Source: Squalus acanthias
Lineage: Eukaryota
DNA: 64,000 bases
Reading direction: 5' to 3'
Assembly (NCBI GenBank): GCA_030390025.1
Contig: CM059432.1
Span: 47,990,001-48,054,000 of the forward strand
A program made the translations under genes and the position numbers. Of the stretch, positions 11,700 through 24,049 are shown in pieces. The notes beneath the pieces are model-generated. The model was not told the origin of the DNA, did no database searches, and worked only from the letters and a program-made list of their open reading frames with translations. Within the stretch, counting starts at the first letter, position 1; each line of letters begins with the position of its first letter.

Positions 11700-13074
11700 G
11701 TAGCAAGCCACTCAGTTGTATCAAACTGCTACAGAAGAAAGCTCACCTCAACCTTCTCAGGGCGTCTAGGGATGGGCAATAAATGCCAGCCTTGCCAGCG
11801 ATGCCTAAATCCCAAGAATGAATAAAAATAAAGTTTTGGTCACCCCACCTAATATCTCTTTCTTGGGCTCAATTTTTAACATTTTTTTGATTACGTATCT
11901 GTGAAATGCTTAGGGACATTTTTTTGCGTCAAAGGTTCTTTATAAATGCAAGTTATTGTTGTTGAATGATTTTTTTTCCTGCTGAAAGTTAGCATAAACA
12001 AAGCAAACAACATGGTGGCAGTGAGTGTGTTAACATCTATATAGCTGGTTGCACAATTTGGTTGTTGATGTTCAATGAAATAAATACTTGAACGTAGTAT
12101 TGTTCGGTATTATAAATCAACATAATATTCTCCAAAAATGGTATACAAATACATTACCAGTATTTTTGCTGAAAAACTGCCTCATGCAATGACCAAGATA
12201 GGTAAAGGAAAAAACATTATTTGGAAGGGAAGAGTCAGCTACAGGAGGACAACGGTCATTACTTCAGGTTGGCGTGTTGCGCTCACTGTCTGTTTACTGA
12301 CAAGGACTGTGAACTGGGCTAGGCCTCAGACCCAGTCCAAACCAACCTGGAGTGCTGGTGGAGACTGGAATTCGCAAATGGATTTTAGATTTGATAGCAT
12401 TAGTAACAAAATGCAGCATCTATTTTTTAACAATAAATAAGGTGTGAACTGAGGTTCCCCTCTGGTGAAATGAGCTAGAATAATGATTTCACTCATCAAT
12501 TAGATTTACAATGGATATTGTTCTGAATACAATCCTTCCTTTATGCATAAAAGGACACACATGGAGATTGCCTTCTACCCCTGCTAGGATTGAATTTTAG
12601 GTGCAATATCCGTGTTGGTATGATTGTTAAAGGTAAACTTGAATTAAAGTATAGCTTTGATGGTGAAGCACTGCTCTTCCCTGACCCCAGAAATCAGACC
12701 TCCACCAAGTAATCCATTCGCACTCACAGTGGATTAGCATTATCGCAACCTCAATCCAACATAAGGAACTGACACAATGGCCGAGATTCTCTTCCACGGA
12801 GCATGACAGAAAATGTGGGTGCTAAGACCTACTGCCTTCTCACTACCTCATCGAGATTTCCACAAATTGATTGCTGTGCTTACTGATACTACACTGATTG
12901 CACTTCAAAAGTAATTCATGGGTTGTAAATTACTTTGGGATATCTTGAAGATGTGATAAGGCACGATATAAATGTAAGTTTTTCTTTTACTTGATAGCAA
13001 TATTATTTCCACATCTGTAAATAGGGCATTTCCAATCAGTGGCAAAAGAAGCAATGGTTTTCAGTAAAACTAAA

Positions 13075-13535
13075 AGAAATAGAAAGATTGCCATTTATAC
13101 AGAGCCTTTCATGACCTCAAGACGTCTCAAAGCACCTTACAGCCAATTAAGTACTTTTTGAAGGGTAGTCCCTGTTGTAATGTAGGAAACAAGGCAACCA
13201 ATTTACACACAGCAAGATCACACAAACAGAAATGCAATAATGACCAGCTAATCTGTTTTAGTTATGTTGGTTGAGGGATAAATATTAGCCAGGACATCGG
13301 GGAGAACTCCCCTGCTCTTCGTCGAGTAGTGCCATGGAGTCTTTTACGTTCACAGGAGAGGGCAGACAGGACATCGGTTTAATTTCTCATCCGATGACGG
13401 AAATGCTTGCACTTCCCCAGTACTGCACTGGAGTGTCAGCCTAGATTTTGTGCTCAAGTCTCTGGAGTAGGACTCAAACCCACGGCTTTCTGACTCAGAG
13501 GCGAGAGTGCTACCAACTGAGCCACGGTTGACACC
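13075..13535 (-). mobile_element. DeuSINE/SacSINE1-like tRNA-derived SINE
   Basis: Reverse-complement homolog of the copy at 35005-35463, with tRNA head and Deu-domain-like core. Confidence 0.8.
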
Positions 13536-13560
13536 TGATTAGAGATTAGAGAAGACACAG

Positions 13561-13960
13561 TGGGGTTGATTTTGATTCCGTTTGCCTGGCGTTTATGGCT
13601 GCAAAATGGAGTCTGTAGCCTTACCGCCCCATTAACACCGGTGATGTGGGCGACGCCATTTTAAAAACGGCCTACGCCTGGGTGTCCAAAGCACCCACCT
13701 GATTCAGCCAACAGGAGTGCACATCTTGGGCCTACAAAAATAATCTGGACCACTGCCATCTCTTCCTGGAGGCAGCTCTGGCCCAGTTTCCTTTGCGGAA
13801 CCTGGTGAGCTGCATCGGGACGCCTGTTTGGCGCCCTGTAGTTCGCCTGGCAAATGTAATTGAGGTCGGGCCGCAAAATCACGGGGGTCACTTTGCCTCC
13901 CGACTGCGCGGCTGACCAGGGCGCTCCACTGGTCAGCCGCCCAAAAGTCAAAATAGGCCT
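13561..13960. mobile_element. Probable Harbinger-type MITE
   Basis: GC-rich island with loose inverted ends (ggggttgattttga ... tcaaaataggcc). Confidence 0.45.
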
Positions 13961-15159
13961 CAGTATCAGCTAACAGTGAGCAAATAAATCTAGTTTGCTG
14001 AATCACCCTTCCATCACCTCACTAGTAACACAAGAATCCTATTTGTAATTTAATTAATACACGACCTGAACAGATTTGTACTCAAATGAAAAAAACACAT
14101 CACGCAAACACCATTAGTGCATGAAATGTGCTAGCGCAGTGATTTTCAAAAATACTTAAAATTGGTCCTTAAGGGCCCAGTTTTCCCCTCATGTAGTATA
14201 CATGAAGAGAAATTGGACCCTAGTGTCTGTAATTTTATAAAAAAACAGATGGATTATAACAGTGCTCTTTCCAAACTGCCATATGAGCAATGGGATGATA
14301 CTTTGAGAATCAGCATGTCCTTCGGTACCCCAGAGTTTGCCCTTCTGTCAAAGGAAGTGAAGTGTCAAACATTGAATTAAAGTTAATAACTGAAAAGAAG
14401 TGTGAACCATCACAGGAAAAACAGATTCCTCTTTTAGTTAAGGTACAGTAAATACAAATATGTGCTGGGAACTTCCTCGGAGCTGCTCCCGCTCAGCTGG
14501 CATGACTTCGGCGGAGGTGCGACGGAAACCTCATTTATGCGCTTAAATAGGGAATCCGCCGCACTTCCGACATGAAGTTCAGAGGAAATATCCAAATTCA
14601 AATCTGTACAGTCAAACTCTTCTTTACAGATATTGACTCATTTAAAGTAAAATTAGAGTGATGTTTGCAAAGATAACCTCGGTTCATAATATTGCCTACA
14701 ATAAAATCAGGATTTATTTTACATGAAGTAGATTCTGATCAATTGTTGTTGAATATGAATTGCATTCACCGAATGCATTAGTAATTTGTAACTAATTTAT
14801 CAAATCTTAAGCAGCTTACAGTACTCATTATGCAATGAATAGTTTATGAATCCTGCTGATATGATGTAAACCCAGTACATTGGCAAATGGCTCTGCTGAT
14901 CCTTCAGGATCACAGATTGTAAAAATTGTAAATATTTGGATTTTAAATGTAGGTTTAATGTTCTAAATAGTAAAATTAAAAGTTTTTGCTTTACGTTATG
15001 CGCTGCATATATGGACACCTCTCAACTGCATGACAATCCCGTGTGGAGCCTAATGTGTACCAAATAACTAGAATCTGTTTCATGAAGCATGGAGGCAAAT
15101 TCCTTATGGATTTGGCTGCACGCCTGATGAAGAATGTTGTAAACAGTTCCTTCTTCTCA

Positions 15160-17295
15160 GGTACTATCTTCTTCCCTTTCAAAACTGCCATCATCAACCC
15201 TTCCTCAAAAAAGCCACCCTCGACCCTTCTGTCCATGCAAACTATTGCCCACCTCCACCGTCCCTTTGCTCTCCAAAGCTAACGGGAGGAGGAGGCTCCA
15301 TGAATATCCACATCCTCAATGATGGTGGAGCTCAGCATACAAGTGCAAAAGACAAGGCTGAAGCGTTTGCAACCATCTTCAGCCAGAAGTGCCAAGTGGA
15401 TGATCCACATCGCCCTCCTCCTGACGCCCCACCATCGCAGAAGCCAGTCTTCAGCCAATTCGATTCACTCCACGTGATATCAAGAAATGTCTGAGCGTAC
15501 TGGATACAGCAAAGGCTATGGGCCCCGACAACATCCCGGCTGTTGTGCTGAAGACTTGCGCTCCAGAACTAGCCACACCTCTAGCCAAGCTGTTCAGTAC
15601 AGCTACAACACTGGCATCTACCCAACAATATGGAAAACAGCCCAGGTATGTCCTGTCTACAAAAAGCAGGATAAATCAAATCTGGCCAATTACCACCCCA
15701 TCAGTCTACTCTCAATCATCAGCAAAGTGATGGAAGGTGTCGTCGACAGTGCTATCAAGCGGCACTTACTCACCAATAACCCGCTCACTGATGTCCAATT
15801 TGGGCTCCGCCAGGACCACTCGGCTCCAGACCTCATTACAGCCTTGGTCCAAACATGGACAAAAGAGCTGAATTCCAGAGGTGAGGTGAGAGTGACTGCC
15901 CTTGACATCAAGGCAGCATTTGACCGTATGGCATCAAGGAGCCCTAGTAAAATTGAAGTCAATGGGAATCAGGGGCAAAACTCTCCACTGGCTGGAGTCA
16001 TACCTAGCACAAAGGAAGATAGTTGTGGTTGTTGGAGACCAATCATCACAGCCCCAGGACATCGCTGCAGGAGTTCCTCAGGGCAGTGTCCTAGGCCCAA
16101 CCATCTTCAGCTGCTTCATCAATGACCTTCCCTCCATCATAAGGTCAGAAGTGGGGATGTTCGCTGATGATTGCACAGTGTTCAGTTCCATTCGTAAGTC
16201 CCCAGATAATGAAGCAGTCCATGCCTGCATGCAGCAAGACCTGGACAACATTCAGGCTTGGGCTGATAAGTGGCAGGTAACATTCGCACCACCAAAGTGC
16301 CAGGCAATGACTATCTCCAACAATAGAGAGTCTAACCAACACCCATGGTGCCATGGACTTGGCTCTGGCTGTATTCCCCAGAGGAACTATTGCCCTCACC
16401 AGTATTCAGCAGATATATGCTGGCAATATATACTTCCCTACCACTTCCCTCAACCCCAAGACTACTTCTACTGTCAGACAGACTGTCTGACATTAAGTTG
16501 TAAGTGATCCAGAACTTCCTCCAGTTTGAACATTGGAATAACTGAAGCCATTGTTAACCCACCACCCTTGCCAATGACTCCAACCTCTTCTTGGCTGCTC
16601 ATAAAGGTTGAATCAGGCTTTACACAACCTCAAACTCCATTTCATATCCATCATCATGACTATTTACTTCCTTCTCTGTAACATTGTCCTTCACTGCCCC
16701 TATATTATTCCTAATGCCAGCAGAATGCATATCCATGCCTTTGCCACCTCTAGATTCAACTTCTCCACTGCCCTCTTTGCTTATCTCCCAACCTGTGTCC
16801 TGTATAAATTCCAAAAAGCCCAAACCCCTCATATTATTGTATAATAAGCCTCACCTGCCCAATGGCCACCGTCATCATTGACTTACACTGGCTCCCTGTC
16901 CCCCAATGGATCAAATTTAAAATTCTTACCCTTTTCTGTAAATCTCTCCAAGGTCTCACCTCATGCTACGTCTGCAATCTTCTCCAGCCTTATGTTGCCG
17001 CCCATGCTATCTGGTCATCTGACTCTGGCCTCTTGTGTATGTTCACTCTGCTCCAACTTTGATGGGAAATCTTCCAGCCATCTAGACCCCATTCCCTAGA
17101 ACTCCTTCTCTAAATCCTTCTACTTCTCTCCCTGCCTCCCACCTTTAAAAGCCTCTCAAAACCCATCTCTTCGACCAAGCTTTCAGTCATCTAGCCTAAC
17201 CTTTCCACAAAAGCTGTGCATTTTTTCTCCTCTGTAAAGTACCTTGAGATGTTTTTGTGTGTGAGAGGCACTATCTGAAAGCAAATAAGTGTTGC
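15160..17295 (+). mobile_element. Old L2 LINE fragments (about 15160-15280 and 16350-17295)
   Basis: Degenerate L2 RT C-terminal sequence (LHWLPVPQWIKFKIL) and an L2-type 3' end. Confidence 0.7.
15283..16345 (+). mobile_element. LINE family B (DRVWHQG-type RT; clade not determined), fragment
   Basis: GPDNIPAVVLK, NYHPISLLSIISK, ALDIKAAFDR, GVPQGSVLGP, MFADD; frameshifted. Confidence 0.9.
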
Positions 17296-18907
17296 TGAGT
17301 GTTCGGAGGCCTGCTGGTCGAGATATATACAGCAGGCTTTTTGTGATAGCTTCATTTCAGTTTTGGCTGTGTCTAAAGGTAGCTGTGCTCCATGTAGATG
17401 GCAAGAACATAGCCTCACCCATGTACAAGCACCTTATCAGGAAGGTTCCAGCACTCAGTGTCCTCTATAAGTTGTGCTGTTTGAAAAAATAAGCAGAGAA
17501 GAGACCTGTTTACATTTTTGTAGCTTGGTTCAATTCCTGCTTTTTTAATAAGCATTTGTGCCATCAGTATTTGCTGATTTCTTTTATTTCTTTGCAGTCC
17601 TAAGTATCCTAAATAAATTTAACCTGAAGCTTTAAGCTGAACAATATGATGTGACAACATGTTGTTTAACTTTTGCAAACATACTTAAAGCAACAAACTA
17701 AAAAAAAGGAAACAGCTTCATTCAAATAAATTCATTAATTCTGATGTCATCACTGGATGCATTACTTTTAGGATTTACCAGGGATCTAACCATAAAGTAC
17801 AAATATTTCCTCTTAATGGAATTATATAACTCTCTTCCTATCTCAATCTATTCTCAATCTGTATTTTATATTATGGCCCTGAAATTAAGCCATGAATGCT
17901 TAAGTATGAACGTTTAACATGTTTGTTTGAAATTTCTCTCACTGTTATTTTAGTGAAAGTGTTAACCCTACTGTCAAAATAGTAGCGAGGAATCTCAGAC
18001 CACTGCATAAGGCATTCTTATGCAATATCCCACAGCATAATTTCAAGGCCTATATATCTCACTATAATTGTCTTTTCTTGTCTTTAAATTGGACAAGATT
18101 ACCTGCCAACTTGTGACTGCAGTAATATTGAAACCATGTAGTCAATCATCACCAAATTACCTGCAATATCTTCACAATAGAAAAGTTGCTTCATTTAAAA
18201 TTGAAGATAAAAAAAATTCAAGCTATTCACTAGTTTTTTTTCACAAACAAATTTCTTGTGGCTGTACAATCTTTCAAACTTATAAAACAATGCTCCACAA
18301 ACCAGAAATGGGTTTCTGCTGATAAAAGCTCTCTTTCTGAATCTACTGTAACTGGAAAAATCTAACATTAGTATTTTGTTCTCTGCTCACTAGAACTTTG
18401 AAACCATTTAGTGGCCAATATAAACTCCCACAATTGCTGACTGATAGAAACATATGGAGGAAAAATTGGGTTGGTTAGCACCTCCCGTTAGCGCCTCCGG
18501 GGGGCGCTAACAACTTACTGCCCAAGCGCAGTGATTTTAGCGCCACCCACAAAATTGACCAGGCGCTTTGTGGTGGCGCTAAACACTACCGCCACGATCT
18601 CCTGCGCCTGGAGATCGTGACGTCATCGAAGCGCGCAAGCCCCGGTAGCGCCCCATACCGGAAATTGATTCTCGCCCCCTGCCTTAGTGCTTGCCACTAG
18701 GAACGACAGGTAGAGGGGGAGCGCTATTTAAAGGCATGCACTTCCTGCTTTTTCCTGTCGGCAAAATATTTTGCATTCGCAGGTTGAGAGAGGGAGAGAG
18801 GCGCCTGGAGACATTTAACGCTGTCCTACAAGGACTTTTGGTCCTGAGCAACACTTTTCAGGTTCCTATTTCTCTGAGCTTTATATTTACCACGTACAAA
18901 AGATTAA

Positions 18908-20064
18908 ATGGGGGCTGTACTAACACGGGGCGTCGTCCTCCAGCTTCAACTTTGGAGGCAGCAGAGGCGCAGAGAGAGAGTGGCAAACGTGGCCAGAGGG
19001 AGGAGGGCCAACAGGCATCTGCTCAGGAGACCTTATCCTCCCAGGGTATTCCGGGAGCAATTCTCCTACATTAATTTGTCTGAGGAGCAGTGTTTCCGAA
19101 GGCTGCCATTCAGCAAGGAGGTGGTCACTGAGCTCTGCCACCTCCTGCAACCAGATCTGCAGCCTCAGCTCAGGACCAAGCCGTCTCTGTCGGTGTCAGT
19201 GAGGTGACAGTGGCTCTGAATTTCTATGCCAGTGGCTCCTTCCAGGCTTCAACTGGGGACATCGCGAATATCTCTCAGTTCGCTGTCTATTGCTGCATCT
19301 GGTAGGTCACAAATGCTCTCTACAAAAGGAGAAGGGAGTACATCTCTTTCCCCATGGCCCGGGACAAACAGCGTGAACACGCATGTGGCTTCGTTAGTAT
19401 AGCGGGCTTCCCCATGGTTCAGGGCGCTATTGACTGCACGCACGTGGCATTGCGGGCACCTCATGAAAATGCAGAGGTTTGCTGCAACCACAAAGGCTTT
19501 CACTCTCTCAATGTCCAGTTGGTTTGCGACCACAGACAGCGCATCCTCGCTGTCAATGCCCGCTATCCTGACAGCAGCCACGATGCTTTCATCCTGCGCC
19601 AGACTGGTGTCCCAGAACTGTTCCAACCACCGCGTCAACCTCGTGGCTGGCTCCTCGGGGACAAGGGTTATCCACTCTGCAACTGGCTGATGACACTGCT
19701 CCATAACCCCAACACTCCTGCTGAGCTCGCATACAGTGAGAGCCATAGCGCCACCAGGAACCTCATTGAGCAGACGATCGACGTCTTGAAGCAATGGTTC
19801 CGGTGTCTTGACCACTCTGGAGGAGCCCTACAGTACTCTCCCGAGCGAGTATCGCTTTTCATTGATGTGTGCTGCATGCTTCACAACCTCGCAATTCTGA
19901 GGAGCCAGCCATTGCCACCAGGGATTGGTGCACCACCTCAGGGGGAGGAAGAGGGAGAGGAGGAGGAGGAGGATGAAGAGGAGGATGAGCAGCACCAACA
20001 TGGGAGGGAGGCACTCAATGTTGCCTCTGCAAGGGCCGTCCGTGAACGCCTGATAAGTGACTGA
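18908..20064 (+). pseudogene. Harbinger DDE transposase (few disablements)
   Basis: ORFs 18908-19207 and 19354-20064: [47 protein letters not shown], acidic tail. Confidence 0.93.
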
Positions 20065-20317
20065 TGAATGACAGAGAAGATGACTTTTGGGATGAACAAT
20101 CACATCATTATAGCCATCCTGCAGCCCCTATTGCCGGGCAAAGCTCCAATGAGTCAAATGAGCAAAGTTGTGAAGTTCCAATAAAAATTTTTATTTATCT
20201 GACAAACTGTGTCTTATTTATTCAGCGCAACCAATAACAAACAAACACTACAATTCATTAACTAACAAAACTGGTTCTTACCACATCGAGATAAGCGTAA
20301 ACAGAGTGAACAAGATA

Positions 20318-21854
20318 TTAACATGAACATCCAACTTTGGGACAAACATTCCCCCCATTTGTTGGAGAATTTTTAGTTACTTGCCCTTCGAGGGTGATCT
20401 CCATCCCCTGCGCGCTTCCCCCCCTTCCCACCCCACTGCTCCTCCGTAATGTGGCCCCAGTGGCTGCAGCAAAGCTGGCGGAAGGCTGCTGAATGCTGGA
20501 TCCAAAGACTGCAGATGGCCTTGAAGGATGCCCTCGACCAGCTCTGGGCCTGAAGGGCCCGGCTGCAGATTGCACCAACTCTGCATGGGAGGCAGCAGTC
20601 TGGGCTGGCTGTGTTGCAGGCTGTGCCAAGTGCAATGGCAGAGTGGCAGTGGTGGGAGCAGGAATGCTGTCATCCTGAGAGAGGACAGCACTTTCCTGCT
20701 TGACCGACACGCTGCCACTCCCCCGGGGCAGTACCTCAGCATCCAGAGCAATCTGCTCGAGCACAGATTGCTGGCCTGCTGCAGTACCATGAGATCCCCG
20801 GTGGACTGTGGGCGACCCAGCGACGATGGCAGCTGTCAGCGCTTGTGTGACATCAATCTGAGACTGCATGAGAGCAACCTGAGAATGAATGGCACCAGCC
20901 AATGACTCGAATGCAGCACTAAGCCGTTGCGTTGCCTCGGCCTGTGCTGCAATAGATCCTGCCACCTGAACCATTACATGTGGCATGGGCTCTGGGTCCC
21001 CACTGTCTCCCTGCAATTCAAACATCCTCTGCAACAAGGGTTTCCACAGACGAAAGCTGTGCTGGCGGCGGATTCCTCCACGCTCCTAGCTAGTGCATCC
21101 ATGGTATCGGGCACCCTTGCCATTGCACCCATGAGCTCTGTATGCATGCTCATAGCCTGAGCATTCAAGGCCGCTATATCGAGGTCCTCATCCGAGTACT
21201 GTGCAGTAGAACTCATGCGCGCACTCACCCTCCGGGGAGATGGCCCCCGACCTTCCCTTTCCCCATGGCATTGCTGCAGGCCGCTGGGTCCCAGAGCTTC
21301 ATCAAAATCAGATGCAAACCCCCTGCTCCTCTCCAGTGAATGCGTGGCCCCAGTGTCGGATGCGTCGCCCTTGGGTGACATAGGCGGTGAAGCGCGGGCT
21401 TCGTGTTCCTCCTCTCCCACGTCGCTGCCAATGGGAGGCTGAGGGACAGGCTGCTCAGCTGGTGGCTCACTATCTGAAAGCAGGAAGGTACAAGAGTGGC
21501 TTTAGTGGGGGCAGGGGGGCAGGAAGGGAGCAAGGACTGGAGACAGTATAGTTAGATGGAAAGTGTAAAAGGCTGGTGTTGTGAGGGTGTAGTGGTATGA
21601 GGGAGGAGAGAAAGCTGATGAACATACTTGCTGAACTTCTTATGGCACTGCGTATGTGTCCTTTGGAACAGGCTCCTCGATGAAACGTGCTGGAAAACCT
21701 CCCTCCAGACCCTTGTGAACTCCTGGGGCAGTGGCCTCCTGCCAGTCTCTGGAAACAGCATTGTCCGTCGGTGTTTCACAGCGCCAACTAGAGCCACCAA
21801 TGCCTGGTTGCTAAACCGGCGAGCTCTCTCCCTGGGCCTCTGAGTATCCATCAT
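20318..21854 (-). pseudogene. Harbinger Myb/SANT-like accessory gene (copy 2)
   Basis: Exon 21854-21628 (MMDTQRPRERARRFSNQALVALV...WREV...RTHTQCHKKF; donor GTATGT), acceptor tgctttcag before 21473. C-terminal AVLSQDDSI/QSAAGP block is shared with copy 1. Confidence 0.8.
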
Positions 21855-22631
21855 AAATCTTGGATGAAGATTTTTAACTGCTTGCAGGCCGATGTCAAAC
21901 GCTGCATTGAGCAGGGTGTGGCTGTGCAGCATGATGGACCCTCCAATTTAAGAACTGGACGGCGCCAGTCTGTCTGAGTCCAAGGTAATTAACATCGCCT
22001 GAGCTTGAGTAGCGCTCTGAGGTAGCGCCTCGTTCCTTGACGTTAGCGCCCTAAGAGAGGTGTGTAGTGCTTGATTTAGCACACCAATCACCTCCAGGGG
22101 TGCTGGAGACAAATTTTGCGGTCGGCAGCGATAATTAGTGCCGGGTGCTAAAATTTGCACCCGGCCGATATTAGCGCCCCAAAATGGGCGATACCCAATT
22201 TTTCCCCCGTAATATCTTGTCTGGTATCTTGACTGTTTACTGATGCCATGTGATTTTTTTTAACACAAGTTTGGTGTAATGTATTGTTGTAATCTTCGGT
22301 ATATGCACATTTATAGAACCTTTATGACATTATTAAAATCAGTGAAACTTTACATACAGAACCTGCCTTAACAATCCGTGTTCGAAATATCTTTCTTCTT
22401 GATTTTTTCAAAATGGATTTTATTGATCTGATCGCTCTTTAGAATTTCGGAATCCAAACCGCTGGTGTATCCCATTTAGGACAAGATCTCATATAATTTC
22501 AATCTTTATAATATAATTAAAATTGGTGTTAAAAACATGGATCCTGATGCTGGAAGACATAAGTCACCCTTACCGTTAAGAAGTTCGCCACATTTTAGGT
22601 ACATTTATGGTAAGCAGCTTCCTTAATTGCA

Positions 22632-22685
22632 CACAAAAGCAAAATACTGCGGATGCTGGAAATCTGAAATAACAGAAAATATGTT
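22632..22685 (-). mobile_element. Short Penelope-like terminal fragment
   Basis: aaaatactgcggatgctggaaatctgaaata flanked by direct repeat TTCCTTAATTGCA. Confidence 0.7.
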
Positions 22686-23253
22686 TCCTTAATTGCATCT
22701 TGAGATGTTAATCCAATTTTACAGAAAAAAGAAGCTGAGTTAAGATAACAATACCATTTACTTCTTTGCATTGCGTTTGAATTATTAATGTAGAATAAAA
22801 AATGAACATCAATCTGATGTAACTAAGTGAAACATTTTGAAGCCAATAAAGTAGCTACACATCAATTAACTATCATAAGGGGTATTTGAAAGTGTCTGTA
22901 CTCAATATTGACCACCCAATTAGCAGAGCAAATTATAGCCAAGGCAGGTAAGTTCTTTCTTTTCTCCCCTGGCCACACACCAACTGCTGCCAAGAGAGCA
23001 CACAGGAGGCCTGCTCCACAGCCTAAGCCAATCTTTCTCTGGACCAGCTGCTAAAGAATTCACAAGAGGCACTCAGCAAAAACTCTCCCTTTGATTTATG
23101 CTTGTTGTGGCTTTGCCTGACACCTCCCCACACTGCCATGGCTGAGATCAAGAACTCAGTGGCATTTGAAATGAAACTCGCATTCACTGCTTGCTGCAGG
23201 TGCTGTCGTGCTTTGCACACAGTACTGACCTTGTGCAGCTATCTAATAACCTC

Positions 23254-23342
23254 TCTTCACAGATGCTGCCTGACCTGCTGAGTATTTCCAGCATTTTCTG
23301 TTTTTATTTCAGATTTCCAGCATCCGCAGTATTTTGCTTTTG
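23254..23342 (+). mobile_element. Short Penelope-like terminal fragment
   Basis: cagatgctgcctgacctgctgagtatttccagcattttctg... flanked by 14-bp direct repeat TATCTAATAACCTC. Confidence 0.75.
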
Positions 23343-23619
23343 TATCTAATAACCTCATTTGCTTGCCCATTATTGTAATTATCTGAAAAATCTCATTGTT
23401 GCTCTTCAATTATCTGAATCTCAATAATAATGAAGACAATGTGATGTTTGCAAAGTCCTCCAAATTCAGCCTTGAATTGGTGAGGTATGTTCATGCAGAC
23501 AGGCTACACCACAGATTGCAGGCTGTCGGGTCTGCCACATGACTTGCCTGAACAATAAGTTTGGGGCAGTTTCTCAGAGTGATTAGAAGTGTCGCACAGC
23601 ATTCTGTTACGTTCACTGT

Positions 23620-24045
23620 GTAATCATTTGGATATAGGGCTAGAGGGAGTGGTGTCCAAATTTTCAGACGATACTGAAATAGGAGGCATAGTAAATCATT
23701 CTGAGGGCCAAAGGCAGTTGCAAAGGGATATTGATGGAATGGGCAAAAAGTGGCAGATGGAATTCAATGTCAGTAAATGTGAGGTGGTACATTTTGGTTA
23801 AAAAATAATAATTATACTCTGAAAAGGGAAAGGCTGAGTATTGTGGAAGAGCAGAGGACTTTGGGGGTTCAGATTCACAAGATACTAATAGCAGCACTTC
23901 AAGTGGAAAAGACCATAAAATATTAGGTTTTATGGCAAGATGTATTGAATATAAAAGTCAAAATATGATGGTGAATCTTTATAAAATCTTAGCAAAACCA
24001 CAGTTGGAGACTGTGTGCAGTTTTGGGCTCCACAGAAGGATGATG
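23620..24045 (+). mobile_element. Old CR1 fragment
   Basis: SKFSDDTEIGG, WQMEFNVSKCEVVHFG; heavily degraded. Confidence 0.8.
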
Positions 24046-24049
24046 AGGC

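Larger units (their letters stand above)
6137..11832 (+). mobile_element. tRNA-headed SINE with LINE-B 3' tail, split into 6137-6213, 10476-10685 and 11700-11832
   Basis: Box B-like gttcaaatccc head. Body (ctaatctcctttcgggaaggaaacctgc...gtggttgactcttaa) matches the copy at about 50990-51235. The 3' tail matches the end of LINE-B copies. Confidence 0.7.
5941..11965 (+). mobile_element. L2 LINE 3' fragment split in two (about 5941-6136 and 11833-11965) by nested insertions
   Basis: L2-type 3' sequence (ccctatctctgtaac...aaaacccacctctt) resumes as gttttggtcacc...tataaatgcaagttattgttgttg. It matches the L2 3' end at 57326-57750. Confidence 0.65.
18456..22208 (+). mobile_element. PIF/Harbinger DNA transposon, near full-length two-gene copy 2
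   Basis: TIRs GGAGGAAAAATTGGGT vs reverse complement GGGGGAAAAATTGGGT (15/16). Contains a transposase (+), a convergent Myb gene (-) and subterminal TAGCGCC arrays. Confidence 0.92.

Noticed and set aside
19354..20064. Domesticated host HARBI1 gene
   Set aside because: It lies within TIRs with a Myb partner, has disablements, and related copies occur in the same window.
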